64,000 nt of DNA from the NCBI GenBank assembly GCA_020631855.1, contig JACKGU010000002.1, forward strand, positions 22,569-86,568, read 5' to 3'. How positions within the stretch are numbered: the stretch's first letter is position 1; the number at the start of each line of letters is the position of its first letter. Below the pieces are notes generated by a model. That model had not been told where the DNA came from, did no database searches, and worked only from the letters and a program-made list of their open reading frames with translations. Source of the DNA: Candidatus Nomurabacteria bacterium (GTDB lineage Bacteria > Patescibacteriota > WWE3 > UBA101185 > UBA10185). The position numbers and the translations under genes were made by a program. Below are positions 26,851-36,277 of this stretch, piece after piece.

Positions 26851-28413
26851 ATGGATAAAACAACCCTCTCCTTCCAGACAATCTCCATGCTAATCAATTC
26901 AGGAGAGTCAAAAAAAGCTCTTGAGAGATTGGCTGAATTCGAGGAAAAAAACTCTGAAGACAAGAGGTTGATATTTTATAAACCAGGTTTTCTAGTTGAT
27001 ATAGGTAATGATCTCAGAGACGAAAAAATCATTAGAGAAGGTATTGATCTTGGTGAAGTGACATTATCAAAAACAAAGAACAACAGGACACAGGCCTACC
27101 TCCGCTACTGCCTGGCAAATGGGTACACATATTTGCATCAACTTACAGAGAGTATGGGTGGCATTGTAGACCGGACCATACCTCAAAGCGAACACCTTCT
27201 ACAAGCTAAACGGCACTTACTTCAGGCTACTGATTTTGAAATTGATGACCCGAGCCTGAAAGTACAATTATTAGTTAACTTGGGTAACAGTCTAGACACG
27301 TTCGGTAGAGGAATAGAGGCAATTCACGCTTATAACGAGGCTCTTCGTTTAAGTAAAAATTTCCCTATGGCAGTGGCAAATAGAGCCAAGGCTCTTCGTG
27401 CATTTGCCGATATCTCTGACAAGTATCGAGCTTCGATATATGTTACAGCTTATCAGGACATTAAGTCGGTTCTAGACGATCCAAAACTAGTACAAGTTGG
27501 TGGGCTTGAAGCAAAGAAAGCTTTCGAACGTGAACTTACTAATATTGAATCCCGCTTCCAGGACAAATCGTTACTCAAGAAAAATATCAAACACCCTCGC
27601 TATAAAACCGATGGGCTTACCAAGTTTGAAAAATACTATTTGGACTTTTGCAGTCAGGAAGGATTGTTTCTAAACTTCCACATTCACGACGGTCACTGCG
27701 AAGCAGCTATTGAGGATCCTGTCTTTATCAGATTAATCACAAAGTTGGACGATAACGATACGTTTTATTACTTTGCAAAACAGCTCAATCAGATTAAAGA
27801 AGATTATGCTGTAGCCAGGTTGAATCTGGTCCAATCACAATACAAACAAAAAGCCTTCGATAACATTAGCAAAAGAACCAGTTATGTATATGCTTTGGAC
27901 TACTCACAATTTAATCTCTATATCGGTTTGTTGAAATCAGCATTTAAAGACGCATTCAACATATTAGATAAAATCGCAGTGTTTATTAATGACTACTACA
28001 ACCTGGAACTCAAGGAGAATAACATTTATTTCATTACAGCTTCAATCTGGGAGGATAAAGGAGCAATTAGAAGAGAAATACTTAACTCAGAAAATATAAG
28101 TCTTTACGCCCTATATGATATTTACCGAGATTTTAAATCAAACAGGTGTCAAAAAATTAAGCAAATAAGAAACGCACTTACCCACAGGAGACTAGTTGTC
28201 TTCGATTCATTAATAACAAGTATTGATGATGATGCCGATAAACACAATATCGACTCGGATACTCTCCTTCAAGAAACAGTGAATCTTATGCGACTAACTA
28301 AGGCAGCAATTATTTACCTGATTAATTTTGTAAATATTGAGGAAGAAAAGAAGCACAAAGCAGGTGTCAAGCCAATTCTGAGTATGTACGCAGACACTTC
28401 ACAATTTCTATAG
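26851..28413 (+). CDS. TPR-repeat protein with C-terminal HEPN-like (R-x4-H) domain; candidate defence/abortive-infection protein
   Basis: 520 aa; N-terminal TPR-like helices (AIHAYNEALRLSKNFPMAVANRAKAL); C-terminal KQIRNALTHRRLVVF contains Rx4HxR HEPN signature. Confidence 0.45.
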   Translation: MDKTTLSFQTISMLINSGESKKALERLAEFEEKNSEDKRLIFYKPGFLVDIGNDLRDEKIIREGIDLGEVTLSKTKNNRTQAYLRYCLANGYTYLHQLTESMGGIVDRTIPQSEHLLQAKRHLLQATDFEIDDPSLKVQLLVNLGNSLDTFGRGIEAIHAYNEALRLSKNFPMAVANRAKALRAFADISDKYRASIYVTAYQDIKSVLDDPKLVQVGGLEAKKAFERELTNIESRFQDKSLLKKNIKHPRYKTDGLTKFEKYYLDFCSQEGLFLNFHIHDGHCEAAIEDPVFIRLITKLDDNDTFYYFAKQLNQIKEDYAVARLNLVQSQYKQKAFDNISKRTSYVYALDYSQFNLYIGLLKSAFKDAFNILDKIAVFINDYYNLELKENNIYFITASIWEDKGAIRREILNSENISLYALYDIYRDFKSNRCQKIKQIRNALTHRRLVVFDSLITSIDDDADKHNIDSDTLLQETVNLMRLTKAAIIYLINFVNIEEEKKHKAGVKPILSMYADTSQFL

Positions 28414-28612
28414 AAGCTCAGTTTTGATAATTTCCACTTCAATCTGAAGGAGCTTATTTTCAGAAAAAACCTCTTCTTTGTCTCACTTCTTACTAGTAAG
28501 AATATCTTTACTTTTCTTACAACGTTGTTTATTCTGAATACTGTCGGCTCATTAACAACAAGGAGTGTGTATTTATCAGTATACTTGAAAATACGAAAAA
28601 TAACACATTCGG

Positions 28613-28843
28613 CTAGAACGGCAAGAGTTCGCAGGATTTAACGCCCAGGGCCTTAGATACTTTATATAGCGTGCGGATAGTAGGGTTTCTTTCTCCCCTT
28701 TCTATCATGCCCACATAGTTTCTATGCATGGCCAGTCTGGCGGCTAATTCTTCCTGGCTAATTCCTTTAGCTTTCCGGACTCTTTGCACCTTCTCTCCGA
28801 ATTTCATCAAAATGTGTTTGTGAGTAATAGGTTTGCCCATCAA
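28613..28843 (-). CDS. XRE-family helix-turn-helix transcriptional regulator
   Basis: 76 aa; KGISQEELAARLAMHRNYVGMIERGERNPTIRTLYKVSKALGV is a canonical Cro/CI-type HTH. Confidence 0.8.
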   Translation of the reverse strand: MMGKPITHKHILMKFGEKVQRVRKAKGISQEELAARLAMHRNYVGMIERGERNPTIRTLYKVSKALGVKSCELLPF

Positions 28844-28985
28844 GCAAATCGTATATACTCCTTGTATGCTTCTCTACCCACTCCCTGTGGGTTTTTGCAT
28901 TATAAATAGTCATGAGAAAACAGAAAAACAAAATGTCCGTAAATAAGTTATTTGATGAAAATTATAAAGAAACTTAACAATCACT

Positions 28986-29324
28986 ATGTGCGAAAAGCTG
29001 CTCATTTTCCAAAAAACATATGATTTACTTCTCTGGTTATACCCTGTAATTAACCGTATCCCTAAAAGCCACAGACTAGTATTAGGAAAAGAACTGGAAG
29101 AACTTGGTATAGCTTTGCTGGTCACTACGGTTAAAGCCAATAAAGTCCGTGGACAAGAAAGGACTTCTCTGCAACTTCAGATATCCGATGACCTTGACTC
29201 TATACGCATCCTTATCCGGCTCACAAAAGATTTAAGGCTTATGAGTATAAAACAGTATGCAATGGGTGCTGAAAAAATTAATGAAATAGGAAGGATGCTC
29301 AATTCATGGATGAAAGTGGTATAG
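28986..29324 (+). CDS. avd: DGR accessory variability determinant (Avd; four-helix-bundle / 23S rRNA IVS protein family)
   Basis: 112 aa; LLIFQKTYDLLLWLY...SLQLQISDDLDSIRILIRLTKDL...EKINEIGRMLNSWMK matches four-helix-bundle (TIGR02436/PF05635) pattern; located immediately 5' of TR and RT. Confidence 0.75.
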   Translation: MCEKLLIFQKTYDLLLWLYPVINRIPKSHRLVLGKELEELGIALLVTTVKANKVRGQERTSLQLQISDDLDSIRILIRLTKDLRLMSIKQYAMGAEKINEIGRMLNSWMKVV

Positions 29325-29357
29325 TTTTATTAAGGGGAAAATCACAAATACGCAGCG

Positions 29358-29476
29358 GTGTGTTCCTTCGCGGCGGGAATTGGAATAATGGTTCCAACGC
29401 GGGTGCGTTCACACTCAACCTGAATAACGATACGGGTAGCCAGAACAACAATATCGGCTTTCGCTGCGCCAGTGAT
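29358..29476 (+). repeat. DGR template repeat (TR)
   Basis: 119-nt near-identical copy of 31932-32050; carries A at 14 of the 15 positions where the two copies differ; AAC/AAT-rich. Confidence 0.85.
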
Positions 29477-29669
29477 GAACTTGCCAAGCACGTCTTGGTG
29501 TGCCGGATGAGTGATATGCGTTTAAGGATGCATATTCCGGATCTATATGATCACAAGGTTTTCTCCGTTTCCTGCCCATCGGTAGGGGAAAACATAATAC
29601 CTGTATCCCCGCGTCTTGTACGCAGCAGCGGCATGAGGCGCGGGGGAAATGGGTTAACTACCTCCGAGT

Positions 29670-30770
29670 ATGTTTGATAATATTTGCAACCTGGAACAAC
29701 TGGTTGGTGCGTACTATCGTGCCAGAAAGGGTAAGCGCGAGAAAACAAGAGTTTGTGAGTTTGATTTCACTCTTGAGAGTAATTTAATAAAGCTAAAATA
29801 CCTTCTGGAAACAGGAAAATATATCCCAGCTCCTTACGCTCACTTCACGATTTTTGATCCTAAGACAAGAAGCGTATCTGCGCCCGCGTTTCGAGACAGG
29901 GTATTACAACACTCACTAGTAAAGTCTGCCGAACCTTTGTTTGAAAAGAAATTTATTGTTGATTCTTATGCCTGCCGTGAAGGAAAAGGTACACACTTCG
30001 GAGCCAAACGGGTAAAGAAATTTTTAATGGCTGCCCGATGCAAATATGGCAAGCAACAGGACATTTACGTCCTTCAATGTGATATCCAAAAATACTTTCA
30101 GAGCATTGATTGGAACACACTCTTGATTATAGTGGCAAAGACAATCCATTGTCCTAAAACTCTCGATCTTATTAAAAAAATCGTAGAGAACCATGACTCA
30201 ACTAACAGAAAACTAATGCCGGCAAGTAAGGACAGCTGTCAATTAGATTTATTTTCGTCTCTTTCTCCCATTGAGGTACCACCGGTTTCCGTGGCGGAAA
30301 GAAAAGGGCTACCCATCGGCAACCTAACGAGTCAGTTATTTGCGAATGTCTATCTGAACGAGCTTGATCATTATGTCAAAGAAACGCTCCGCGAGAAATG
30401 GTATGCGCGATATATGGATGACTTCCTCGTTATCAGTAAAGACAAAAATCACCTGAAAGAAGTCAGGGAAGATATAAGAACTTTTCTTAACAAAAAACTG
30501 AAACTGCGTCTTCACCCCAGAAAAATCTCTATCAAAAATGTGAATGAGGGTGTCCCTTTTGTCGGCTACCGGATATTCTATGATCACAAACTAGTGAGAG
30601 GTGAAACACTCATCCGTTTACAGAGGAAGCACAGAAAGCGGCTAAAACTATTTCGGGAAGGGAAAATTACGGAAAATCAGATGCAAATGTCAGAAGCTTC
30701 AGTGCGCGGTCATCTGAAACACGCAGATGCACACGGCTTGTATTCTTTTATGACCAAGAATTCTGTTTGA
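29670..30770 (+). CDS. DGR reverse transcriptase
   Basis: 366 aa; RT motifs including LPIGNLTSQLFANVYL (DGR-specific IGxxxSQ variant of QGxxxSP) and YMDDF (YxDD catalytic box). Confidence 0.85.
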   Translation: MFDNICNLEQLVGAYYRARKGKREKTRVCEFDFTLESNLIKLKYLLETGKYIPAPYAHFTIFDPKTRSVSAPAFRDRVLQHSLVKSAEPLFEKKFIVDSYACREGKGTHFGAKRVKKFLMAARCKYGKQQDIYVLQCDIQKYFQSIDWNTLLIIVAKTIHCPKTLDLIKKIVENHDSTNRKLMPASKDSCQLDLFSSLSPIEVPPVSVAERKGLPIGNLTSQLFANVYLNELDHYVKETLREKWYARYMDDFLVISKDKNHLKEVREDIRTFLNKKLKLRLHPRKISIKNVNEGVPFVGYRIFYDHKLVRGETLIRLQRKHRKRLKLFREGKITENQMQMSEASVRGHLKHADAHGLYSFMTKNSV

Positions 30771-30838
30771 CTTTTGCTGAGAATTAGTTATACTGAATAG
30801 TAAGAGTAGGTAGGTGTTACCTATGGTATTCAATTATT

Positions 30839-33800
30839 ATGCGTATAATACAGAGAATTAAACATTATCTGTGGGAGCCACGGTTTCATTTCAGCCGCTT
30901 TCAGTTTAATCTGGTAGCACTTGTTTTTATTGGTGTTGGTTTTGTTAGCGGCACTTACCTGGCGCTTTCCGAACTCTACCCAAAAGTTTTTGCTCTCAAT
31001 GATAGCGCCAAAGTTTGGACTTTTAATGCCGCCAGCTCCGGTGACTATACTACAAGCCAAACTGTCGTTGACAATAGTGGTGCTCATCCTACTGGGGGGC
31101 AAGTAGGGGCAAATGAACTTGCAAATCCTGCTTTTGCTTCTGATAACACCTCATGGAGTGTAGCGGCAGTCCCGCCATCTGGTTATGTGGAGGTTCCGGG
31201 TAATGCCACCTACGGAACCAGTAACTTCCTCGCAATGCAGTATGAAGCAAAATACGACTGTACTGCTACGCCTGACGGCGATGGTGATACTGCGGCTACG
31301 TGTTCGGCTCCTGCCGACTCAGGGTTGGGATTAGATTATCGTGATATCAGTGGTTTTTCTTCCAGCCGCGTTGTCTCTACAGCCAACGGCGCTCCGATTG
31401 TTCACATCACCCACACCCAGGCACTCACAGCTTGTCCTACGGGTTATCATCTGATTACTAATCCCGAATGGATGTCGATTACAAGAGATGCCGAAGCTCA
31501 AACTTCCAACTGGGCTAATGGAGTAGTCGGCAGCCTTGTGTCTGCCGGCGGCGGATTTAAACGCGGTAATGTAGGTCAGAGCGATAGCGTAAGTTATAAC
31601 GGCAATGATCCTGAATACGGTTCCGGCCGTGACAGCAAGGCCATGTTAACACTTTCTAACGGTGCTACGATCTGGGATTTATCCGGCAATGTTTGGGAAC
31701 ATGTAAAAATAAATTCTGGCGATACACTTATTCCTCAAAATCAACAGCCTACTTTAAGTATTGCTGGTGATGATGCCGCAGGAACAGGTGCCTGGGGAGA
31801 ATTCACCGAAATTTCCGGATACGGAATACTCTCGTATGACCAGATAAGACCTTCGGGTTCCTCATATAATGCAAATCACGGTGTGGGTCGCATATGGACC
31901 TACGGTGACGGTGAAACTGCCACCACCGATCGTGTGTTCCGTCGCGGCGGGTCTTGGTATAATGGTTCCTACGCGGGTGCGTTCACACTCGGCCTGTCTT
32001 ACGCTACGGGTAGCCAGTACCACGATGTCGGCTTTCGCTGCGCCAGTGATCCCGTAGGAATCTCTCAATCTTATTCATCTAGTTCCGGCGTAGCCGGCGG
32101 CGGCGGAAATTCGGTGGCTATAGGCTCTGTATCCGACGGGAAAATTTACCAGTCGGTAAATGTGGGTGATACTTCTACTTATGATTTTTCTGTTTATGTC
32201 TATAACAATACCTCCGGCAGTGAGGGTACTGTCGTTGACGGGAGCGTTGCCAGCCTATACTACAACGGATCCACAATCACTACCTCGTACGAAGCGGTGT
32301 CCGGCAACTGGTACAAGCTAACCGGAACCCTGACTGGTGCCAACGCTTCCCGCGAGTACGGTGTGTTAGTTAAAACCGGAAAAACCGTCAAGGTAGATGA
32401 CTTTACTCTCACAAAACAAGGCACTTATAGTGTCTATACCACGAGTGCTTACTCAAATGCTTTGGTAGCTACCTGGGACACCTTCTGCGAAGGCACGTTG
32501 TCCGGTTCCACCTGCACCGAAGATGCCACTCAGGGCGGTTATGGTGTTATTAAATATCAGATTTGCACGGATGACGGATCTACCTGCGAATCAGGCGGGT
32601 CATGGAAATACTGGGATGGGGCTGCCTGGCAAACAGCGTCCAATACAACTACGCATGTCAATACAAAAGTGCAACTTACCCAGACAGCCATGCAGGCGCT
32701 TCCCATTTTCTCCCAGAAGATATCCATTAAGGCGATCTTTACCTCCGGCGGAAGTGATGTCCCGTATCTTCCTCATGTTTCCATTGGTCTGACTACCGAT
32801 ACCACCCCACCCGACACAAATGCCTCTGCAGTCACTATGACCAGAAGCAATGGTGGCACAAGCGTATCCTCTAACGGCTGGACCAACAATCTCTCTCCAT
32901 ATTTTTCCTGGACAGCTGGAGCAGATAATAGTGGTGGAAGTGGCGTAAAAGGGTATTGTTTGTATTTAGGAACAGACTCAAATGGCAATCCAGCGACCAG
33001 CAAAGGACTCCTTGGGACAAGTCCTGTCTCAACAGCTGGAACAACCTGTCAGTTTATCGTTTCAGCAACATCGATTGATTTTGCTACCTCATCATATAAA
33101 GGAGGAACTTGGTTAACCACTTCAAGTGACCCTTATTATTTAAACATTAAGGTTGTAGATAATTCCGGTAATGTTTTTGGTGGAAGCTCAGAGCAATTCC
33201 AATTTCGATTTGACAATACTGCTCCAACCAATACGTCATACATTTCCTGTGCCTCTGGATCTTTTTCAAATGTGGCAGATATGAACTTTTCGTGGCCAAC
33301 TTCAGGGGGTGTTGCTTCCTCTGACACCAACGCTGGAGTTTTAGGTTGGCAATACCAGATCAACTCAACTGTTGGAACATGGCTGGGGACAACAACTGAG
33401 TCAAGCTTGGGAATCAATAATTACATACCAACCAGTGCTTCTTCCAGAACTCTTACCCAAGATCAAGATGGATCCTCGATTGTGTCTGGAAATAACATTG
33501 TGTACTTTAGGAGTGTAGACGCAGCAGGTAACACTTCAACTGACGCATCCATCAGAACCTGTAACCTCTCTTACGGTGGAGCTGCACCTGCTTTTGATGG
33601 CCTAGATGAAGTTACGGTTACGCCATCAACTTCTACCTCAAACTCATACGCTTTAAGCTGGCCGGCAGCAACGGCGACGTCGGGCCAATCAGTTGCACAT
33701 TATTATTACATGGTTAATACCTCACCTCCGTCGACATTGGCAACTTTGCAAAGTAATAGTGCTACATATATCGACAATGGCACTTCAACAACCGTTGCAG

Positions 33801-35473
33801 CTGCGGCATTATCGAATGTAAATAAGGGCAGTAATACGGTTTATGTTGTAGCGGTAGATGACGCGGATACTCCTAACTATTCTCCCTCCAACTATATAAG
33901 CGGAGCATTTACACTAAATTCTACAGATCCGGATAACGTGAGCGGCCTGGTGGCATCTGACTCTTCGATCAAGAGCCTGTCTCAGTGGAACGTAACCCTA
34001 ACCTGGGCAGCACCTACATACCAGGGTGCTGGGAATTTAACATATCTTATCTACCGTTCATCAGACGGAACCAGTTTCACTCAGGTTGGATCAACAACAG
34101 GTTTGTCTTACGTAGACAATACACCATCCTCCGCACTCTATTACTACAAGCTTTATACAAAGGATGGAGCTAATGCGACATCATCTGGTACAAATGCCGT
34201 TTCCATCACTCCTACCGGCAAATGGACAACTGCACCGTCTCTTGATTCCGGTCCAAGTGTTGGTAGTATTACCACTAAAAAAGCAACCATTGCCTGGACG
34301 ACCTCCAGATCCAGTGACTCTAAAGTGCAATACGGAACATCATCGGGAAGCTACGGAGATGTAGAGCCGAGCAACTCCTCCCAGGTCAGCTCTCATTCAA
34401 TTCAGTTAACAGGCCTTAATCCGGGAACAACTTACTATTACAAAGCTAAATGGACGGATGAAGACGGTAATACCGGTACCAGCGAAGAAAAGAATTTTAC
34501 CACGGCTGCTGCCCCCACTGTTAAAGATGTTGTTGCTAAAAATATCGGTCTTTCTTCGGCGATTATTCAATTTACTTCCAAGGATGCTTCTAAGGTGAAA
34601 ATATACTACGGCACGACGACCAGTTTTGGTGGGGCAAAAGAAATCTCAACGTCGACCTCTGAAACAACCTATACTGCTGAACTTACAGGTCTGTTGGACG
34701 GCACTAAATATTATTACAAAATCAACACTTTTGACAGCGACAACAGTGAATATGAAGGTACAGTTTTGGATTTCACCACTCTACCCCGTCCCAGAATAAG
34801 CAATGTCAGGATTCAGCAAGTGGCCAATACAGCTCAATCGACTGTTCTTGTTACCTGGATGACGAACACAGATGTTTCTTCCATTGTCACATACTATCCG
34901 GAGGAAAATACAGCTGATGCCCGAGATGAAGTTAATGTGGCTCTCACTAAAGGTGAACACCGGATGATTATCCGCGGGTTAGCACCGCAAACTAACTACA
35001 TTTTGGTAGTTAAGGGCAGGGATAAGATTGGCAACGAAGCAACTTCCGATACTCAACGAATTACTACTGCCACAGATACAAGACCTCCACAGATTTCGGA
35101 ACTCCATGTAGAAGGAGCCGCGATTCCGCCAACAGCCTCCACAGCTCAGGAATCTATGGCGCAGCTTATTGTTTCCTGGAATACAGACGAACCATCAACT
35201 TCACAGGTTGAATTCGGAGAAGGCACAGGCACTACGTACTCATCAAAGACTCAGGAAGATAGTAACCTGACGTATAATCACCTGGTTATTATTTCCGGCC
35301 TGACTCCGAGCAAGGTCTACCATGTACGAACTATCTCAAAAGATAAAGCCGGGAATACAGGAAACTCAATTGACACGGTAACCATAACTCCTAAAGCGAC
35401 TGAAAATGCTCTGAATCTTGTCATTACTAATTTACAGGAAGCATTTGGGTTTCTGGGAGGATTAACTAAATAA
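30839..35473 (+). CDS. DGR target (variable) protein: N-terminal TM anchor, FGE-sulfatase/C-type-lectin-fold domain carrying VR, long Ser/Thr-rich region with FN3-like repeats
   Basis: 1544 aa; TM at residues ~22-45; GNVWEHV and RGGSWYNG...GFRCASD FGE/CLec motifs; VR at 31932-32050; C-terminal repeated IAWTTSRSSDSKVQYG...TTYYYKAKW FN3-like modules. Confidence 0.8.
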   Translation: MRIIQRIKHYLWEPRFHFSRFQFNLVALVFIGVGFVSGTYLALSELYPKVFALNDSAKVWTFNAASSGDYTTSQTVVDNSGAHPTGGQVGANELANPAFASDNTSWSVAAVPPSGYVEVPGNATYGTSNFLAMQYEAKYDCTATPDGDGDTAATCSAPADSGLGLDYRDISGFSSSRVVSTANGAPIVHITHTQALTACPTGYHLITNPEWMSITRDAEAQTSNWANGVVGSLVSAGGGFKRGNVGQSDSVSYNGNDPEYGSGRDSKAMLTLSNGATIWDLSGNVWEHVKINSGDTLIPQNQQPTLSIAGDDAAGTGAWGEFTEISGYGILSYDQIRPSGSSYNANHGVGRIWTYGDGETATTDRVFRRGGSWYNGSYAGAFTLGLSYATGSQYHDVGFRCASDPVGISQSYSSSSGVAGGGGNSVAIGSVSDGKIYQSVNVGDTSTYDFSVYVYNNTSGSEGTVVDGSVASLYYNGSTITTSYEAVSGNWYKLTGTLTGANASREYGVLVKTGKTVKVDDFTLTKQGTYSVYTTSAYSNALVATWDTFCEGTLSGSTCTEDATQGGYGVIKYQICTDDGSTCESGGSWKYWDGAAWQTASNTTTHVNTKVQLTQTAMQALPIFSQKISIKAIFTSGGSDVPYLPHVSIGLTTDTTPPDTNASAVTMTRSNGGTSVSSNGWTNNLSPYFSWTAGADNSGGSGVKGYCLYLGTDSNGNPATSKGLLGTSPVSTAGTTCQFIVSATSIDFATSSYKGGTWLTTSSDPYYLNIKVVDNSGNVFGGSSEQFQFRFDNTAPTNTSYISCASGSFSNVADMNFSWPTSGGVASSDTNAGVLGWQYQINSTVGTWLGTTTESSLGINNYIPTSASSRTLTQDQDGSSIVSGNNIVYFRSVDAAGNTSTDASIRTCNLSYGGAAPAFDGLDEVTVTPSTSTSNSYALSWPAATATSGQSVAHYYYMVNTSPPSTLATLQSNSATYIDNGTSTTVAAAALSNVNKGSNTVYVVAVDDADTPNYSPSNYISGAFTLNSTDPDNVSGLVASDSSIKSLSQWNVTLTWAAPTYQGAGNLTYLIYRSSDGTSFTQVGSTTGLSYVDNTPSSALYYYKLYTKDGANATSSGTNAVSITPTGKWTTAPSLDSGPSVGSITTKKATIAWTTSRSSDSKVQYGTSSGSYGDVEPSNSSQVSSHSIQLTGLNPGTTYYYKAKWTDEDGNTGTSEEKNFTTAAAPTVKDVVAKNIGLSSAIIQFTSKDASKVKIYYGTTTSFGGAKEISTSTSETTYTAELTGLLDGTKYYYKINTFDSDNSEYEGTVLDFTTLPRPRISNVRIQQVANTAQSTVLVTWMTNTDVSSIVTYYPEENTADARDEVNVALTKGEHRMIIRGLAPQTNYILVVKGRDKIGNEATSDTQRITTATDTRPPQISELHVEGAAIPPTASTAQESMAQLIVSWNTDEPSTSQVEFGEGTGTTYSSKTQEDSNLTYNHLVIISGLTPSKVYHVRTISKDKAGNTGNSIDTVTITPKATENALNLVITNLQEAFGFLGGLTK
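31932..32050 (+). repeat. DGR variable repeat (VR) inside target gene
   Basis: 15 mismatches to TR, 14 at TR adenines; identical 3' end GGCTTTCGCTGCGCCAGTGAT (IMH-like). Confidence 0.85.
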
Positions 35474-35476
35474 TCT

Positions 35477-36277
35477 ATGAGTGAATACTTATTTCAAGTC
35501 CAGCAGGTTTCAAAGTCGTTCCATGTGGCTACTGCTGACGTGCCGGTTTTGAAAAACATTACCTTTGACATAAAGAGGGAAGACTTTGTGGTTATTTTTG
35601 GACCGTCAGGGTGTGGAAAATCCACATTGCTTCACACCATGCTGGGTTTGGAAGAACCCAGTAGCGGCAAAGTTTTGTTTTTGGATAAAAATCTTTACAA
35701 CGGAGTCACTGAAGATGAGCGCTCGGACTTTCGGAAGCAACATGCAGGGATGGTGTATCAGCAACCGAACTGGATCCGTTCCTTGACCGTGCAGGAAAAT
35801 GTAGCTTTCCCTTTGCAACTGCTTGGCGAAGACAAGAGCGTTGCCCTCGAGAAAGCGAAACAGGCTCTGGAAATGGTAGAGATGCTTGAGTGGTCTGCAT
35901 ACATACCCACGGAGTTATCAAGCGGTCAGCAACAACGTGTAGCTTTGGCACGGGCACTGGTTACCAATCCTGAAGTTATTATAGCCGATGAACCGACGGG
36001 AAACCTGGACTATGAATCAGGACAGGAACTCATGCAGCTATTGACCTCATTAAATAAGAAAGCCAGGAAAACTATCGTTATGGTGACACACGACCTGGAA
36101 TACTTGAGATTTGCAAAGACTGCAGTGAGAATGTTTAACGGCCAGATTGTCGGAGTATACGACGAGAAAGATCAGAATAAACTAATGAATGAAATCAAAG
36201 GTAAACGCGGAAACGGTGACTTTGAACATCAGGCAAAACCGGAAAAATTAGAGCCATCAAAAAACATACAACCATGA
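35477..36277 (+). CDS. ABC transporter ATP-binding protein (MacB/LolD-like)
   Basis: 266 aa; Walker A GPSGCGKST, signature LSSGQQQRVALARAL, Walker B IIADEPTGNLD; starts 4 nt after DGR target stop. Confidence 0.8.
   Translation: MSEYLFQVQQVSKSFHVATADVPVLKNITFDIKREDFVVIFGPSGCGKSTLLHTMLGLEEPSSGKVLFLDKNLYNGVTEDERSDFRKQHAGMVYQQPNWIRSLTVQENVAFPLQLLGEDKSVALEKAKQALEMVEMLEWSAYIPTELSSGQQQRVALARALVTNPEVIIADEPTGNLDYESGQELMQLLTSLNKKARKTIVMVTHDLEYLRFAKTAVRMFNGQIVGVYDEKDQNKLMNEIKGKRGNGDFEHQAKPEKLEPSKNIQP

Noticed and set aside
29306-29677. 123-aa ORF covering the DGR template repeat
   Set aside because: It is the non-coding TR copy of the VR coding sequence (hence open) and lies between avd and the RT where the TR belongs. 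The DGR interpretation explains it.
31862-34364. Several 60-95 aa ORFs on both strands inside the DGR target gene, and 39854-40252(-) antisense to the scaffold gene
   Set aside because: They are fully nested in long, well-supported genes. The 39854 ORF is a low-complexity Ser/Leu translation of the antisense of the K/D/E-rich scaffold gene.
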